Of a DNA stretch of 64,000 nucleotides, positions 25,266 to 37,210 are shown in pieces. Origin of the DNA: Pseudovirgaria hyperparasitica (lineage: Eukaryota). Under the pieces are notes generated by a model that searched no databases, was not told the origin of the DNA, and saw only the letters and a program-made list of their open reading frames with translations. The stretch lies in assembly GCA_010093815.1 (NCBI GenBank), contig ML996579.1; one strand, written 5' to 3'. A program made the translations under genes and the position numbers. The first letter of the stretch is position 1. The number at the start of each line of letters is the position of its first letter.

Positions 25266-26171
25266 TTTTGGGATTTGTTGTGGTGTTGTGGGTTTCTTAT
25301 CACTTACGGGGGGGGGGGGGGTTGGTCTTATAGAAGGTTTTATAGAGTTTGGGGGAAAGATGTCGGTGGGTTGTGGAATGACGTCGCTCCGAGTCCCGAT
25401 GGGTGGAGGCTGAGTCATATATGCGCGCACAAGCCTTGGAGAGTTATAGTCTTGAATATTCGAGTCATACATACATCCTACGTGCAAGTGACAAAGTGAC
25501 TCAACATGCGTTGTTCGATTAGGCTGTTGAGAAATCTCGGCTCTCGAGTCAGCGCCGCATGTGTACCTGGTGCAGATCATGAGCTTGTTGTCAGCAAATC
25601 CACCAGATCCCGGGTAGAACGTAGAGCAGGTCAGAGTCGTCATATCTATTACAATCGCACGTCTACTACAATCGCCCAACAACCAATACCTCTATGCAAA
25701 AAAGCCCCGAGTCTTCACTCTGTCCAGGCCCCCCATCATACATGACTAGACATGTGTGGCATACAACAAGCTGCTGCTGCAACTCCTCTCTCCGCCGTTC
25801 GTTCGTTCGGGACAAGTTCCAGCTCCGTCTTCATTACTGTATACTCTCTCAAGCAACTTTTGTTGGTACAACAGGCGTGATAAATCGCCGTGACAATGAG
25901 CGCCATCGTCGACGAGGATGACGACGACGAGCCTCGGGGTATATGAACATGGGCTTTCCGCTCTCCCCCCTTCTGCCATTCAAATCCGTGCGATGCAACC
26001 GGTCATTTGGAACAAACGAAAGAGAGACAGACGATGCGGCGATGTCAAAACGCCTTGAAACTGCTGCTGACAGAGACGCCCAAGAACAACAAGCAAAAAC
26101 AAAGCGCCACGCTCACTATACAAACATGAGAAAAGTCCCGAGATCGAAAAAAAAAAAAAAAAAAAAGAGAA

Positions 26172-29105
26172 TCAGACCCTCCCCTTCTTTGCACTGCCGC
26201 CCAAGTCATAGTCTCTCCATCCGCCCAGGCTGCCCCACGCCGCAAGCACGTCCTCGCTCACGCTACACCGCGTGTCTACGGTCGGGGCCAGACTTTCGCG
26301 GTTCACGTTGCGGAACATCTTGCTCTCGCGCCGCACACTCGACCGGCTGCCCGCGCTCCTTCCACTAAGCGTGGATGCGTTTGTGCGCCGCGAGGCCGTG
26401 CGGACGGGGATGGCATGGAGATCGAGGGCATGGTCCAGTGAGCACTCGCGCAAAGCTGTTGGAGGTGCTCCTCCGCCTCCTCCGCCTCCTCCGCCTCCGC
26501 GACCTGGCATGCCGAGGGTGGACTGGCTGCCTTTCTCGGAAAGGCCAACCAGGGAGACGCGGTTGGTGCTGGAGACAGGAGATATAAAATCGACGACGGA
26601 ATGGGCGGGAATGACGCTGTCGTCATCGCCGCTGAGACTGGGCTCGCTGTTGGCAACTTTGACGCGAAGATCGTCGTCGTCCGTGGTGCCAGGGGTGGCG
26701 GGCGAAGGGAGTGGCGAGGGGGCAGAGATGCTCGCCGAGGCAATGCTTCCAGTGTTGGACGGGGATGGGAGGGGTTGGTGGTGGTGGTGGTGGTCGAGTT
26801 GGGCGGCATAAGACGGGGCAGTAGCCGGGCGGGCGTCGCTGGTGACGGCGTCTCGCCAGGTGTGGGAGCAGTTCTTGGGGCCGCCACTGGAGGCAACAGG
26901 GACGGGGTTTTGGCCAAGTGCGCCACTACGAAGAATGTCGGAGCTACTGACCCTACTCGAGGTTATGATGCGCGATGGGCGATGCTTATCGGTCTGCGGT
27001 AGGGGCACTCGATCACGAGGGGGCGATGGAGTGGCAGCGTCGGAGAAGAAGGTGGATGTTATGGGTGTAGGGGCAGCTGGGAAGGCGTTGATCATCTCAG
27101 TCGAAGGAGAGACTGCTTGAGAAACGGCAGAGGTACCGGTGGTATCAGTCGTCTTATCAGCGAGTAGTTGTTGTTCGTCTGTCGGCTTGTCATCCGAGGC
27201 GTCTTGTCGAGAATATCTGCCCATGCCAATCGCCGTTTGGAAGCCTTGACTGAAGCTCTGCTTGGCCATTGCAGCTCGCTTCTGGCGCATCATTTCGAGC
27301 AAAGCCTCTTCTTCTTCGGTGACAGCCATCAACTTGTGGCCATCACGTGATCGTGTTTCACTCTTTGCCGATTTGCTGCTACGGATACTTTCTGACTCTG
27401 CACGCAGTCCTTCCGTCTCGGTCGTCATGTCAAGTCCCGAGGTTCGAGGACGGGCCCTGTCGTCGCGGGTGGAAGAGGATTCGTGCCGCGAGACACTCCT
27501 GCTTCTTGATGGGAGGAGGTCAGCGCGGCGTGAGGAGGCATGGTCGGTTTGCGGTAGCGGCAGCGATGGTGCCGGCGCGTACACCATCTGTATCGTACCA
27601 GCTTTACTGGAAGACGTAGTCCGAGCACTGACGTTGCTCCGGTTTGAAGGGTGTCTCAAAGCACCGGGTGTCACCTCATAAGCATGCGCTTTCCCTATGA
27701 TGATCTCGCCTTCAGCACTGGACATGAGACTTTCCCTGACCGGAATCTGCACAGGGGTCGGAAGAGGAACGGCAGCGGACGCGGTGTCTTCTCCGTTGTC
27801 GCCTTCTGATGATGACATGGACAGGGCGCTTGTCGTTCTCAAGTCCAGTTGGGCCATGCGGCTTTCTTTGGTCCTGGCAGAAGCAGCTTCAGTCAGATTA
27901 CTAGTGACCGAATAGGCGCTCGACTTGCGAGAGGGATATGCGGGTCTCTGCTGCTGAGTGGGAGAGATGATGTCTGAAGGAGCCGGCTCTTTCCGCGCAA
28001 GATCTTGGTTACCAGACATTTGATACTTTTCCCACTGCAAGGCTTGACCATTGACCAAGACTTTGCCCAAAGAGCTCTTGCGCCTCGGCAGCTTGATCGG
28101 CACTTGTTCGGTAGGGGTTGGTGTGTCGGCAGTGTCGTCTTCGTCACTCGACAGGGCGTCGAACCAGTGCTGGACGCCCTTGGGAGGTCTCCTGACATTT
28201 GTCTTGGCACGCTCCAGTGGATCTGCCGAGCGAATGTTTGGTGATGGTTGGCGGAGAGAGCTGTCGGTCGAGGCTTGGCTTCGAATGGATTTGGTGTATT
28301 GATTTTGGCCCCGAGCAAAGTATTCGGACGAGAGGGAGATTTGTGAGGGAGAGTTTACAAACTTGTTCGGTGAGAGGAGACCATTGTGGTCATGCTGATG
28401 GGCCCTGGGTCTGGGAAAGAGCTTGGACAGGTCCAGCCTGGATGGCTTGCGTGACGACTTTTCTTTCCGTGATTTTGATGCTGTAGAAGCAGATGTTGTT
28501 GATTTCGAGTCCTCATCCGCGGTCGAGATGTGCACAGGGGTATATCCTTTCCTCAGGGCCATGTCTCTCACAGCCGAGTTGGACGTCTGCTGCGAAACGG
28601 AGAGGGGTATCCGTTTGGAGTCGTAGTAGGAACGGATTGTCGAAGAGGAGTTCTTGTGCGAGACATGATGGAGGGTGGAAGTAGTGACTGAGGATATGGC
28701 AGAGTAGTCTTCGATACCAAGGGCATTGGAGGAAGCGCGAGAGCCAGTCGGGGGACGCAGACTGCCGAGTTGAGGGGGCAGAACCAGTCGTTCGGTCGAG
28801 TCGTAGGGTGTTGCTTCGGGCTCATACGAGAGGTCGGCAGTGGTGGCAGGTATAGGTAGGTTGGGTGCAAGTCGTCTGCTGTTGTTGTGGTGGTGGTGGT
28901 GGTGTGAGGGTGTGGCGGTGTGCAATGGAGCCGGCGAGGAAGTTGGAGTGGTGACGGGCAGACGTGCATGACCCAGCAGCCTCTCTGCCTTTGAATTGCT
29001 TATGGAGCCATCTATCCGCACGATTGGGACCCTCTCTTCGGTGACGAGATTGGATGAAGCATTGCTCTTGCGCCGAGTGAAACCGAATCTTGAGCTTCGT
29101 CCCAT
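26172..29105 (-). CDS. Ser/Pro-rich, probably largely disordered protein of unknown function (977 aa, single exon)
   Basis: Uninterrupted 2.9-kb ORF with short ordered-looking islands (RLDLSKLF, KGVQHWFD, HKLMAVTEEEEALLEMMRQKR, SVSEDVLAAWGSLGG). Confidence 0.85.
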   Translation of the reverse strand: MGRSSRFGFTRRKSNASSNLVTEERVPIVRIDGSISNSKAERLLGHARLPVTTPTSSPAPLHTATPSHHHHHHNNSRRLAPNLPIPATTADLSYEPEATPYDSTERLVLPPQLGSLRPPTGSRASSNALGIEDYSAISSVTTSTLHHVSHKNSSSTIRSYYDSKRIPLSVSQQTSNSAVRDMALRKGYTPVHISTADEDSKSTTSASTASKSRKEKSSRKPSRLDLSKLFPRPRAHQHDHNGLLSPNKFVNSPSQISLSSEYFARGQNQYTKSIRSQASTDSSLRQPSPNIRSADPLERAKTNVRRPPKGVQHWFDALSSDEDDTADTPTPTEQVPIKLPRRKSSLGKVLVNGQALQWEKYQMSGNQDLARKEPAPSDIISPTQQQRPAYPSRKSSAYSVTSNLTEAASARTKESRMAQLDLRTTSALSMSSSEGDNGEDTASAAVPLPTPVQIPVRESLMSSAEGEIIIGKAHAYEVTPGALRHPSNRSNVSARTTSSSKAGTIQMVYAPAPSLPLPQTDHASSRRADLLPSRSRSVSRHESSSTRDDRARPRTSGLDMTTETEGLRAESESIRSSKSAKSETRSRDGHKLMAVTEEEEALLEMMRQKRAAMAKQSFSQGFQTAIGMGRYSRQDASDDKPTDEQQLLADKTTDTTGTSAVSQAVSPSTEMINAFPAAPTPITSTFFSDAATPSPPRDRVPLPQTDKHRPSRIITSSRVSSSDILRSGALGQNPVPVASSGGPKNCSHTWRDAVTSDARPATAPSYAAQLDHHHHHQPLPSPSNTGSIASASISAPSPLPSPATPGTTDDDDLRVKVANSEPSLSGDDDSVIPAHSVVDFISPVSSTNRVSLVGLSEKGSQSTLGMPGRGGGGGGGGGGAPPTALRECSLDHALDLHAIPVRTASRRTNASTLSGRSAGSRSSVRRESKMFRNVNRESLAPTVDTRCSVSEDVLAAWGSLGGWRDYDLGGSAKKGRV

Positions 29106-29639
29106 TGTAGGTGCATGTCAAGACGACCCACAGGCGGGTATGTAGGCGTCGGTCGGAGGATTGATGTGACAAGAGGGAGTTTGGAGGAGTGGTCTCGTTT
29201 CGCGGAGGTGCTGGCTGCAGGGACGAAGAGTCGGCAGGTCGAGAGGGTATGGAGGAATTGAAAGTGGAAGATCTAGAGGCCAGCTCGCATGATGGAAGAA
29301 GGGTAATGGTAAGTAGGAGAGGGAAGCGAGGTATTACAGAAGAGGCGAGACCGCAGGGAGGATGGAGGGGTGGAGGAATGACGGTCCCAGAGGAGTAGTC
29401 GAGCGCACATCCAAAGTCCGGTAGGGGTGGTGGAGCGAAGAAGGGGATTTACGGCGAGATATGAGGCGACAGGGGGAGACCACGGCCGCGGAGGGGGGAG
29501 GAGAGGGATTATACAGGGAGTTGTAGGAGCGGTAGTAGTAGTAGAAGAAGAAGAAGGGAATAGAATGTGGGGAGGAGGTTGTAGATGTAGATGCAGTTGG
29601 CTGTAGTAGCTATAGGAGGAGGAGTAGTATTAGTGGTAG

Positions 29640-29640
<1 letters not shown>

Positions 29641-29689
<49 letters not shown>

Positions 29690-29703
29690 AGTAGTAGTAG
29701 TAG
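29641..29703. repeat. (AGT)n microsatellite
   Basis: About 20 units with one interruption. Confidence 0.95.
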
Positions 29704-29968
29704 AGAGAAGGGCGTCAGGAAGTCAAGGGTGTGGTGGCGTAGTTTTGACAGGTCAGGACCGACAGACAGGTCAATGGACAGCGAGCAATTGGCATGGGAT
29801 TATAATATTAGAAAAAGCGACAGGACGAAGGATGCAAGAGAAGGAAAGGAAGTGATGGAATTGAGTGAAAGAGTAATTATGGGATGTATGGTGGGTGGTA
29901 TGCTGCCTGTTCCCTGTCGGACTCTTGACTCTTGGCCAGCAGCGTAGGTGAAGGGGGGGGCCTAGCTG

Positions 29969-29995
29969 GCAGCAGCAGCAGCAGCAGCAGCAGCA
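29969..29995. repeat. (GCA)9 microsatellite
   Basis: Read directly. Confidence 0.9.
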
Positions 29996-30919
29996 CAGTC
30001 CAGCGTGCGGCCAGGCTATCAATCCTCCCGCCAAAAGCAGAGGAAGAAGAAAGACAGTAACTAATTATTAGAATCATGTTCGATTATGATGATGGTTGTT
30101 GTTGTTGTCTTGGTTGTGTGTAGGGCGTCAGGGAGGGGAATGACATGCAGCAAGCTAATAGAAGTGTAGAGCAGTCTGTCCGTCGGGTGTGACTCCGGTG
30201 CGTGTGTGTGCCTGTCCTGTGCCTCGACTACATGCTACATGCTACTACTGTAGGCTGTCTGCACGATGCAGGTTGCATGCACTGCCATGCAGCAGCACGG
30301 AGAGTATCAGGCATTCATTAATTGATCAATCAATCAAGAAGAAGACAAGCCAGACGAGAGAGAGAGACACACACACACACACACAGACAGACAGAAAGGA
30401 ATGGGAATTGGGATGTGCGACTAGGTTTGTTAGGGAGGGGGGGGACACGGGCACTGGCGAGGCTCCTGTTCAGTGATAGTGATCAGTGATGTGTGTGTGT
30501 GTGTGCGTCAGTCATCCTGGAGTTGTGGTGGTGGTGACAGTGACAGTGACGGCTATTAAGCCGACTATTGAGGTGGAGTCAGGGCAAGTCAGGGCAAGTC
30601 AGGGCAACGTGGGCGGTCGACGGCGCGAGAATGGGCGGGTGGGTCAGCAAGAATAGGCTGCTGCTTGGCTGCTGCTTGGCTGCTACTAGGCTGCCACTAC
30701 CGGATCTGTCCCCCTAAGCTCAAGGTCGAGGCTCAGAGCTAAGAAAAAGGCTTAAAGAAGGGCCTGCACCCCTCCCCTAGAAAACACAGACGAGTTTGGC
30801 TCTCTCTCCAGTCTCCAGGGCTGACAATGTGTCATGGTCCACCGCCAATTCTGTAGGGGGCCATCCATGCTGCTAATTACATACACTATACATCCATGCT
30901 GACCACAAACTTGTCGACG

Positions 30920-30921
<2 letters not shown>

Positions 30922-30956
<35 letters not shown>
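30922..30956. repeat. (GA)n microsatellite
   Basis: Read directly. Confidence 0.95.
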
Positions 30957-30959
<3 letters not shown>

Positions 30960-33118
30960 CTGAGAAAGAGGTATTGCTTCCTGTGCGCAAGTCCAAGACT
31001 GCGCGATGAGACACAGGAAAACTCCGTTGTGTGGAGATTAGACTGCAGAATCGAGCAATCCAGCGTCACACGATTCTCCATCTTCACTTTACTCACTCAA
31101 TCAGCCTTGCGCCATCCATCAATCCACATGGCCATGGACAGAGCAACAGGAGAGACAGACAGCCAGACAGCCAGACAGACAGCCTACAGGGATCCCGCTG
31201 AGCCCGCAGCCCTAACCAACCCTCCCTACCTACACTACTACATGCCACACACAACGCCAATAATTATGTGCATGAACCCAACAACCTAATCAATCTCTCA
31301 ACTCTCTAAACTGATACTGTCATACCTTCTTAAAACTTGCACTTCTCCTCCGAATTAATCAATCGCCTTTTTGTTTGCCCTTCTTCGCTAATTACCTGCC
31401 TCGGTCTGCGTGCATAGGTAGGGGGGTCTACAGTACTGATCTCTCTCATTTCAACCGTGGGCGCGTGCGTATATACCACTATCACTACACCACCGACAAC
31501 CCAGCATCTCAATCCATCGCCCGTCCCTCTAGCTTCACCCAGCACCACCTAATAATTACCTACTCCGCCAGTTCTACAAATCAGGCAAAAAAGAAAAACA
31601 ATAAAATAAAATAAAAACCGGGGAGGGGTCCTCTAGATCTCCTGAACCATCTGATCTTTCGCGAGAGATCAGGGTCAAGACTCTCAAGACGCCCATCCCT
31701 GGCTTCTGCTTTTCTTCGCGTGTGTCGGTGCTCTATCTTAGATGATGATGGGACGATGGAAGATCCACCAGGCCAAAAGTCGCCGATGAACTCCTTGAAA
31801 GGTAAAATAGAATATTCATCGTCGTTGGTATTAATTGGTGACAAGTCTTGGTCCTTTGCTTAATCATAGTAGCGTCGAAACTTGGTCCCAGGAATAATTA
31901 ATCGTAGACTCCACGCACACTGCACACCTCCTATCCTATCATGTCCGAATCCGGTTGGTCTACGGGTCCTGCCCCTTACCTACTTACCACCTCGCTCCGC
32001 CATCTCCACGCCACCCGTCCGTCAAACAACTACAATACACGGCACCTCTCCCTTAATACGTCCTGCGCGTTTCAATAGGAAATAGTGCTGGCTGGACACT
32101 AAGATCAGATTCTAGATTCACCCCCTCTTCGGCACTAATTAAATCAGCTACAGCTTAGGCTACCTGGGTTGTTGGTTAGTAGTAGGCTCAGGCTCAGGCT
32201 CAGGCTCCGGCACCACGCATTATTGACAGACCCGCCCGGCTGCATGCTGTCGCGTGCGCAAGCCTCCCTCGCCGGCACGCGATGAATACACTTTGCTCTC
32301 TTTGCACGACACACTCTTGCACGACACTCTCTTGCACGACAATGCTCGGTTGAAACGTGCGTGTCTTGCATGCAATTTCGCTGCCTCAACACGTTTCGCG
32401 AGTTGGTTGGATTTGGTTAGAGCATCACCTTACTGTCTTCAAGCCGCACGTCCCCATTGGCATGTTTGCTGCTGTATGCAGGTGATTGCTGACCCATACA
32501 GACAGCCCTGTCGTCGGAAACATGCAACACCGCATCAAGCAAAAAGCATTTCAATCCTCAACGGGTGCTGCTTGTGCTACTATTTCGAGCTCGCCGTCTC
32601 TATATTTGGCTGTGCTTACTTAACTCGTCCTATGCATGAACGGACCCCAACGATCGACCGCCAGCCAGCAACATGGAGCTGTTGAGCAGCCCACAGCAGT
32701 CAACCTCAATCAGAGTCCCGTACACCGTATCCTCCGGCAGATCGTGTCGTCGTATCTATATTTTTCGTAATTGCTGCCTCGACTTCAGCGCGAAGGATCG
32801 CACGTGTGATGGGACCTGGGGCGGGCTGCCAGACAGAGGTATCAGTCCTACGCAGCCCAGTCGTTGAGGTACCGCTATTTCTGTCCCCACCGCGGATCTG
32901 CGCGTGACGTCGTGCTGAATCCTTCGCAACTGTTGCAACCACCAAACTTTGGTAGCAACTCACTTCAATACACTTTGCCACGCCCACGCCTGAACCCATC
33001 TCCCTATGCCTTCTTCACTTGCCGACTTCTCTTACAACAAACAAACCCAATTGTCGTCTCGATACTGCCACCTGGTACACCTTTCCTTCCCCCGGCCTTC
33101 TCCAATCCAACCGCAAGC

Positions 33119-34634
33119 ATGGAAGCACTACACCCGTCCCGCGAATCAATGGAGCTCGCGGAGCCACCGAAGCCTTCTCCGTTCTTGGCACTCCCGGGCG
33201 AGATTCGAAACTCCATCTACGATTACGCGGCCGACTGGAACGACGTTGGACGAACCATTGAACGCATCCATCGTCAGGTACAGCAGAAACTCAACCATCG
33301 GACCCCCAAAGGTCCCGCCATCTACGACAAGGAAGTGTGGGATGCCGTCGTTGCCCAGGCGTCGCCAAAGCGGACTCCAACCATCTTCTTGCTGAACCGT
33401 CGGACTTATGCCGAAGCACGTGCTCGACTGGAGAAGAAGCCATTGCTGTTGCCTGCCTTGCTGCCCAGGTGTGTCGTTCTCCTGTGGAGGAGCAATCGTC
33501 GTGGGAACGGCCAGGACTATCAGAATACAAAATGGTGCCTCGAGAATCTGATCTCGACCGCGACGCTGCAGTCCGTTCCTGATCTTACCGTCACGGTACA
33601 GCCGTTCATCGACTTTTTGATTCCGTCGGGATATCTGCCATGGCCGGAGCGGTCATGGCACTGGCCACTCGCTCCGTTCAGCAACATCAATGAGGACAAT
33701 CTGCTGGCGTGGGAGACCAGACACTTGACAGTCGTGTTCCCAAGAGCGTATCCGGTCAACTACTTGCAGAGCACTATTCGTGAGGTGGGTCTTTTTATTT
33801 TCAGGTTCGGTCACGATTGAATGATGGAAGCCTACTCGAACATCACACATCCGAGACCCGAGACTCGGTCGAGACGCCTTTGATATCTCAACATGCTGAT
33901 ACCCAGACCAGATCGAGCGAACTCTTCTCCCTTCAGCCCGGCTCACGATATGCCTCTCTCTCCCCGACACAACCGGATGGTCAATCCTGCCACGGTCTTC
34001 AATCCCGATCAATTCCCGTTCACACTCCCACCTAGGCCTCCCCTCGAGCGCCCAAAAGCGTGCCCTCGCAATGCCACCGCCAGTCCCCCGACCCTACGTC
34101 TCCCCCCTCCGCATCGCCCTCACAACGGCCGCATTCTACCTCCTCCCCCTCGTCCTAGTCGCCGCCCTCACCGCCATCCTCCCACCCTCAATCCGCAGCT
34201 CGCTCTCCCCCAGTCTGCAAACCTGGTCCCTCGCCTTCACCGCACGCATCTCCTTCCGCCTCTTCCTCTACGACCTCATGACCACCTTTGACATCCTCCT
34301 CTCGCCGCACCCGCACCCGCACGCCCCGCTCTGGTCCTGGTCCGCCCTGACCCGCGCCCAGCTCAGCCCGCTGTACTATCCCCTGCTGTACGCCTCCCAA
34401 CTCGTCCGCCCGTTCCGCGTCAGTCCCGTGAGCAAGATGGCCCTGGGCGTGGTGTTTTTGTACGGTGGTACCTGGCACACGCCGGGGGATTGGCAGCAGG
34501 GTGTGGCGTTTGTGAGTGGCGGGTGGACGTTTTGGGCGTGTACGCTGGCGAGCTTTGGATGGCGCTATTGGCAGGAGAGTGTGCTGGACTTGGGCGCGTT
34601 CTTTCCGGGGAGGAGGCTGTGGATTGGGATTTGA
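33119..34634 (+). CDS. Hypothetical protein with N-terminal F-box-like motif and C-terminal hydrophobic (membrane) segments; 1 predicted intron at about 33785-33911
   Basis: SPFLALPGEIRNSIYDYA and PTIFLLNRRTYAEA are present. Splicing gtgggt...gctgatacccagaccag joins this ORF in frame to ORF 34071-34634, which has stretches such as IALTTAAFYLLPLVLVAALTAIL. Confidence 0.65.
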
Positions 34635-34930
34635 CCTGATGCGGGGGGGGATGCATCACTGTAGAAGAATGGGAACGAGAGCGTGGAGATGGGAAGGGAG
34701 ATGGACATGTACATGTATATGTAGCCGACCTATCGTGCACAGCAGATAGATTAAACAAAACGCCACACTCTTGTAGCGTGAGCCATGCTACGTGCACTAG
34801 TATCACTCAGAACACACGAACCAAGTGTCTGCCAGCTCTCCGTCTACCCAAATGCATCTCATCTCTCAACTCCCTCTCCAACATGCACGCACGTCCGGGA
34901 TCAGCGAGTATTTTGTTCCGCGGGACGAAA

Positions 34931-34968
34931 AAGAAGAAGAAGAAGAAGAAGAAGAAGAAGAAGAAGAA
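34931..34968. repeat. (AAG)12 microsatellite
   Basis: Read directly. Confidence 0.93.
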
Positions 34969-35415
34969 TGTTACTCTTTTTGCTATGGAAAGAAGATAGG
35001 ACTATTCACTATTCTTATACCGTTTCTTCCTTGTAGCGTCTTATATATAAACTACAAGTAGCTATATATGTTTAATGTAAGCGTGTGAGTTATTATAGGT
35101 TGCTAGGAAAGAAAGAGATGGTACACGTCCGAGGGGTCCATCGATAGGGAGGCACTAAGACTGCCTAGCTTTAGGCAACCAGCGGATCCATCTTACCATC
35201 GGATGGAATAGGAGTACTACCGCCGTTTCCCCGGTGTTGTGCTGTGCCAGATGGATCTCGGATGGCTCTGAGTCCGGGCGCACCGCTACGGTAACTAACG
35301 TCACTTCACAAGCACAAGTGCTACATGAACGTTTACTAAAGACGGCGCTCATCATGAATCCCCTCACAGCCCTCCCAAGTTCCCTCCATCTCCAGCATCC
35401 CAAAAATCACAAGAT

Positions 35416-37210
35416 ATGGATACTGTCAAGACGTGGGCCGCGACCGACGGCTCCGTGAAAGCTGCCGTGCTCGTCGCTCTCATCCTACTCTCCACACTAG
35501 CAACATATCTACTCCAGCAACCAGGCTTCCCGGAGAATGCTCCGAAACTCCATCATGAGGACCGCTGGGTGGTCGGCACGCGGGCGTACTTTAGCAAGCG
35601 CTGGGACTTTTTCAGAGACGCGGCGGCCCGGAGCGCCACGGGGATGTGGTCCTTCCATGTTGGCCGGCTTCCCATCATCGGGCTCAGCGGTCCCGAGGGC
35701 CGGAAGGTGTTTTTCGAGAGCAAGCAGCTGGACATGAGCAAAGGGTGCGTATCATATCACCCCGACAGTAAATCCTGAACTCATCTTTTGACAACCTCCA
35801 CCCCCCAGATACGCCGTCCTCTTCGGCCAATCCCCCGACGTCGACCCCATGGCCCCCGACGACAAAGACCCAAGCAAACAATCAAACTACATCCTCACCA
35901 CCCTAACCCGCCTCCTCAAGCGCGAAAACATGCCCTCCCTCCTCGCCCGCATCCTCAAAGACGTCCGCGCCAACCTCTCCACCCTCGCCACCACCACCCC
36001 CTCTTCATCCCCCCAAACAATCGACCCCTTCGCCACCATCTACGCCCACATCGCCCAACTCACAACCCGCACCTTCGCCTGCGACGCCCTCGCCGACAAC
36101 CCCACCAACCTCGCCTCCATCCTCTCCAACTTCGCCGCAATCGACAAATCCGCCACCCCTCTCACAATGATGTACCCGCGCATCCCCACCCGCGCCTCCA
36201 TCTCCCGCTTCCTCGCCGGCATCCGCCTCTACAGACTCATCGACGCCGTCGCCCGCGCCCGCATCGCCTCCTCCGGCCTCCGCCCCAACGACCCCCTCCA
36301 ATCCCTCCTCGACCAGGGCCACACAGCAGATAAAATCGTCGGCTTCGTCGTCAGCGCCCTCTTCGCGGGGATGGTTAATACGGGGCTTAATACCGCCTGG
36401 ACGCTCTGCTATCTTGCCTTGGATCCGGTCTGGTTGGCTCGTGCGCGCGAGGAAGTGCGCGGTGCGCTTGATAGGCATGTTCCGGAGGCGGAGGTGCCGG
36501 GGCGGAGACAGAGGACGCTGGACAGGATATGCGGGGTTCCGCTTCAGGCTTGGGAGGCGGAGTTTCCGGTCTTGGAGTGGTGTGTTCGGGATACGATGCG
36601 GATTCATATGCAGGGTGCGGCGCTGAGGGCGAATTTCTCGGGCAGGGAGGTGGGGTTGGGGAGGGGGGAGGTGGTGCCTGATCGGACGTTTGTGGTGAGT
36701 TTTGTCTTGTCGTGTTGGCATGTTGGACGGGGTATCAGGCGAGGGGAAGGGAAGGGAAAGGAGAGGAAGAAAGGAAGACGTGCTAAACGGTCTACTAGGT
36801 CTACCATACAGCCGACATCCACCTCGACGAATCCGTATACCCGGACCCGCTCCGCTGGGACCCGGGACGCTATATGCCTGAGCGTGCCGAGGACAGGGGT
36901 GCGCATCTTGCGTTTTTGGGCTGGGGCGCGGCGCGGCATCCGTGTTTGGGGAAGGCGGTATGTGTATACTCCCCAGATCCACCTATTCACAAACCACGAA
37001 CACAAACTAATAACAAAACAACAGTTCGCAAAACTCGAAATGACAACCACCCTCGCTGCCTTCATCACGCTGTTCGACTTTTCCCTCGTGGATTTGAAAG
37101 GGGAGCCGTTGGCACGTTTGCCGGCGCCGGATCGCAATCAGTGGCAGATTGAGGGGCCGCGGGGGCCGGTGCGGATGAGGGTTGGGCGGAGGGAGGGGGT
37201 TGTTTTTTAG
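35416..37210 (+). CDS. Cytochrome P450, 3 introns
   Basis: N-terminal membrane anchor, I-helix ALFAGMVNTG, K-helix CVRDTMR, YPDPLRWDPGRY and the heme motif FLGWGAARHPCLG. Confidence 0.9.

Noticed and set aside
22415..25499. Many Pro/His/Gly/Cys-rich ORFs on both strands (e.g. THTHTH, poly-P, CVCVCV)
   Set aside because: They arise from microsatellites and C/G skew that suppress stop codons.
35788..36982. Pro/Arg-rich ORFs 35788-36333(+) and 36005-36982(-)
   Set aside because: They are off-frame and antisense products of the skewed P450 exon.
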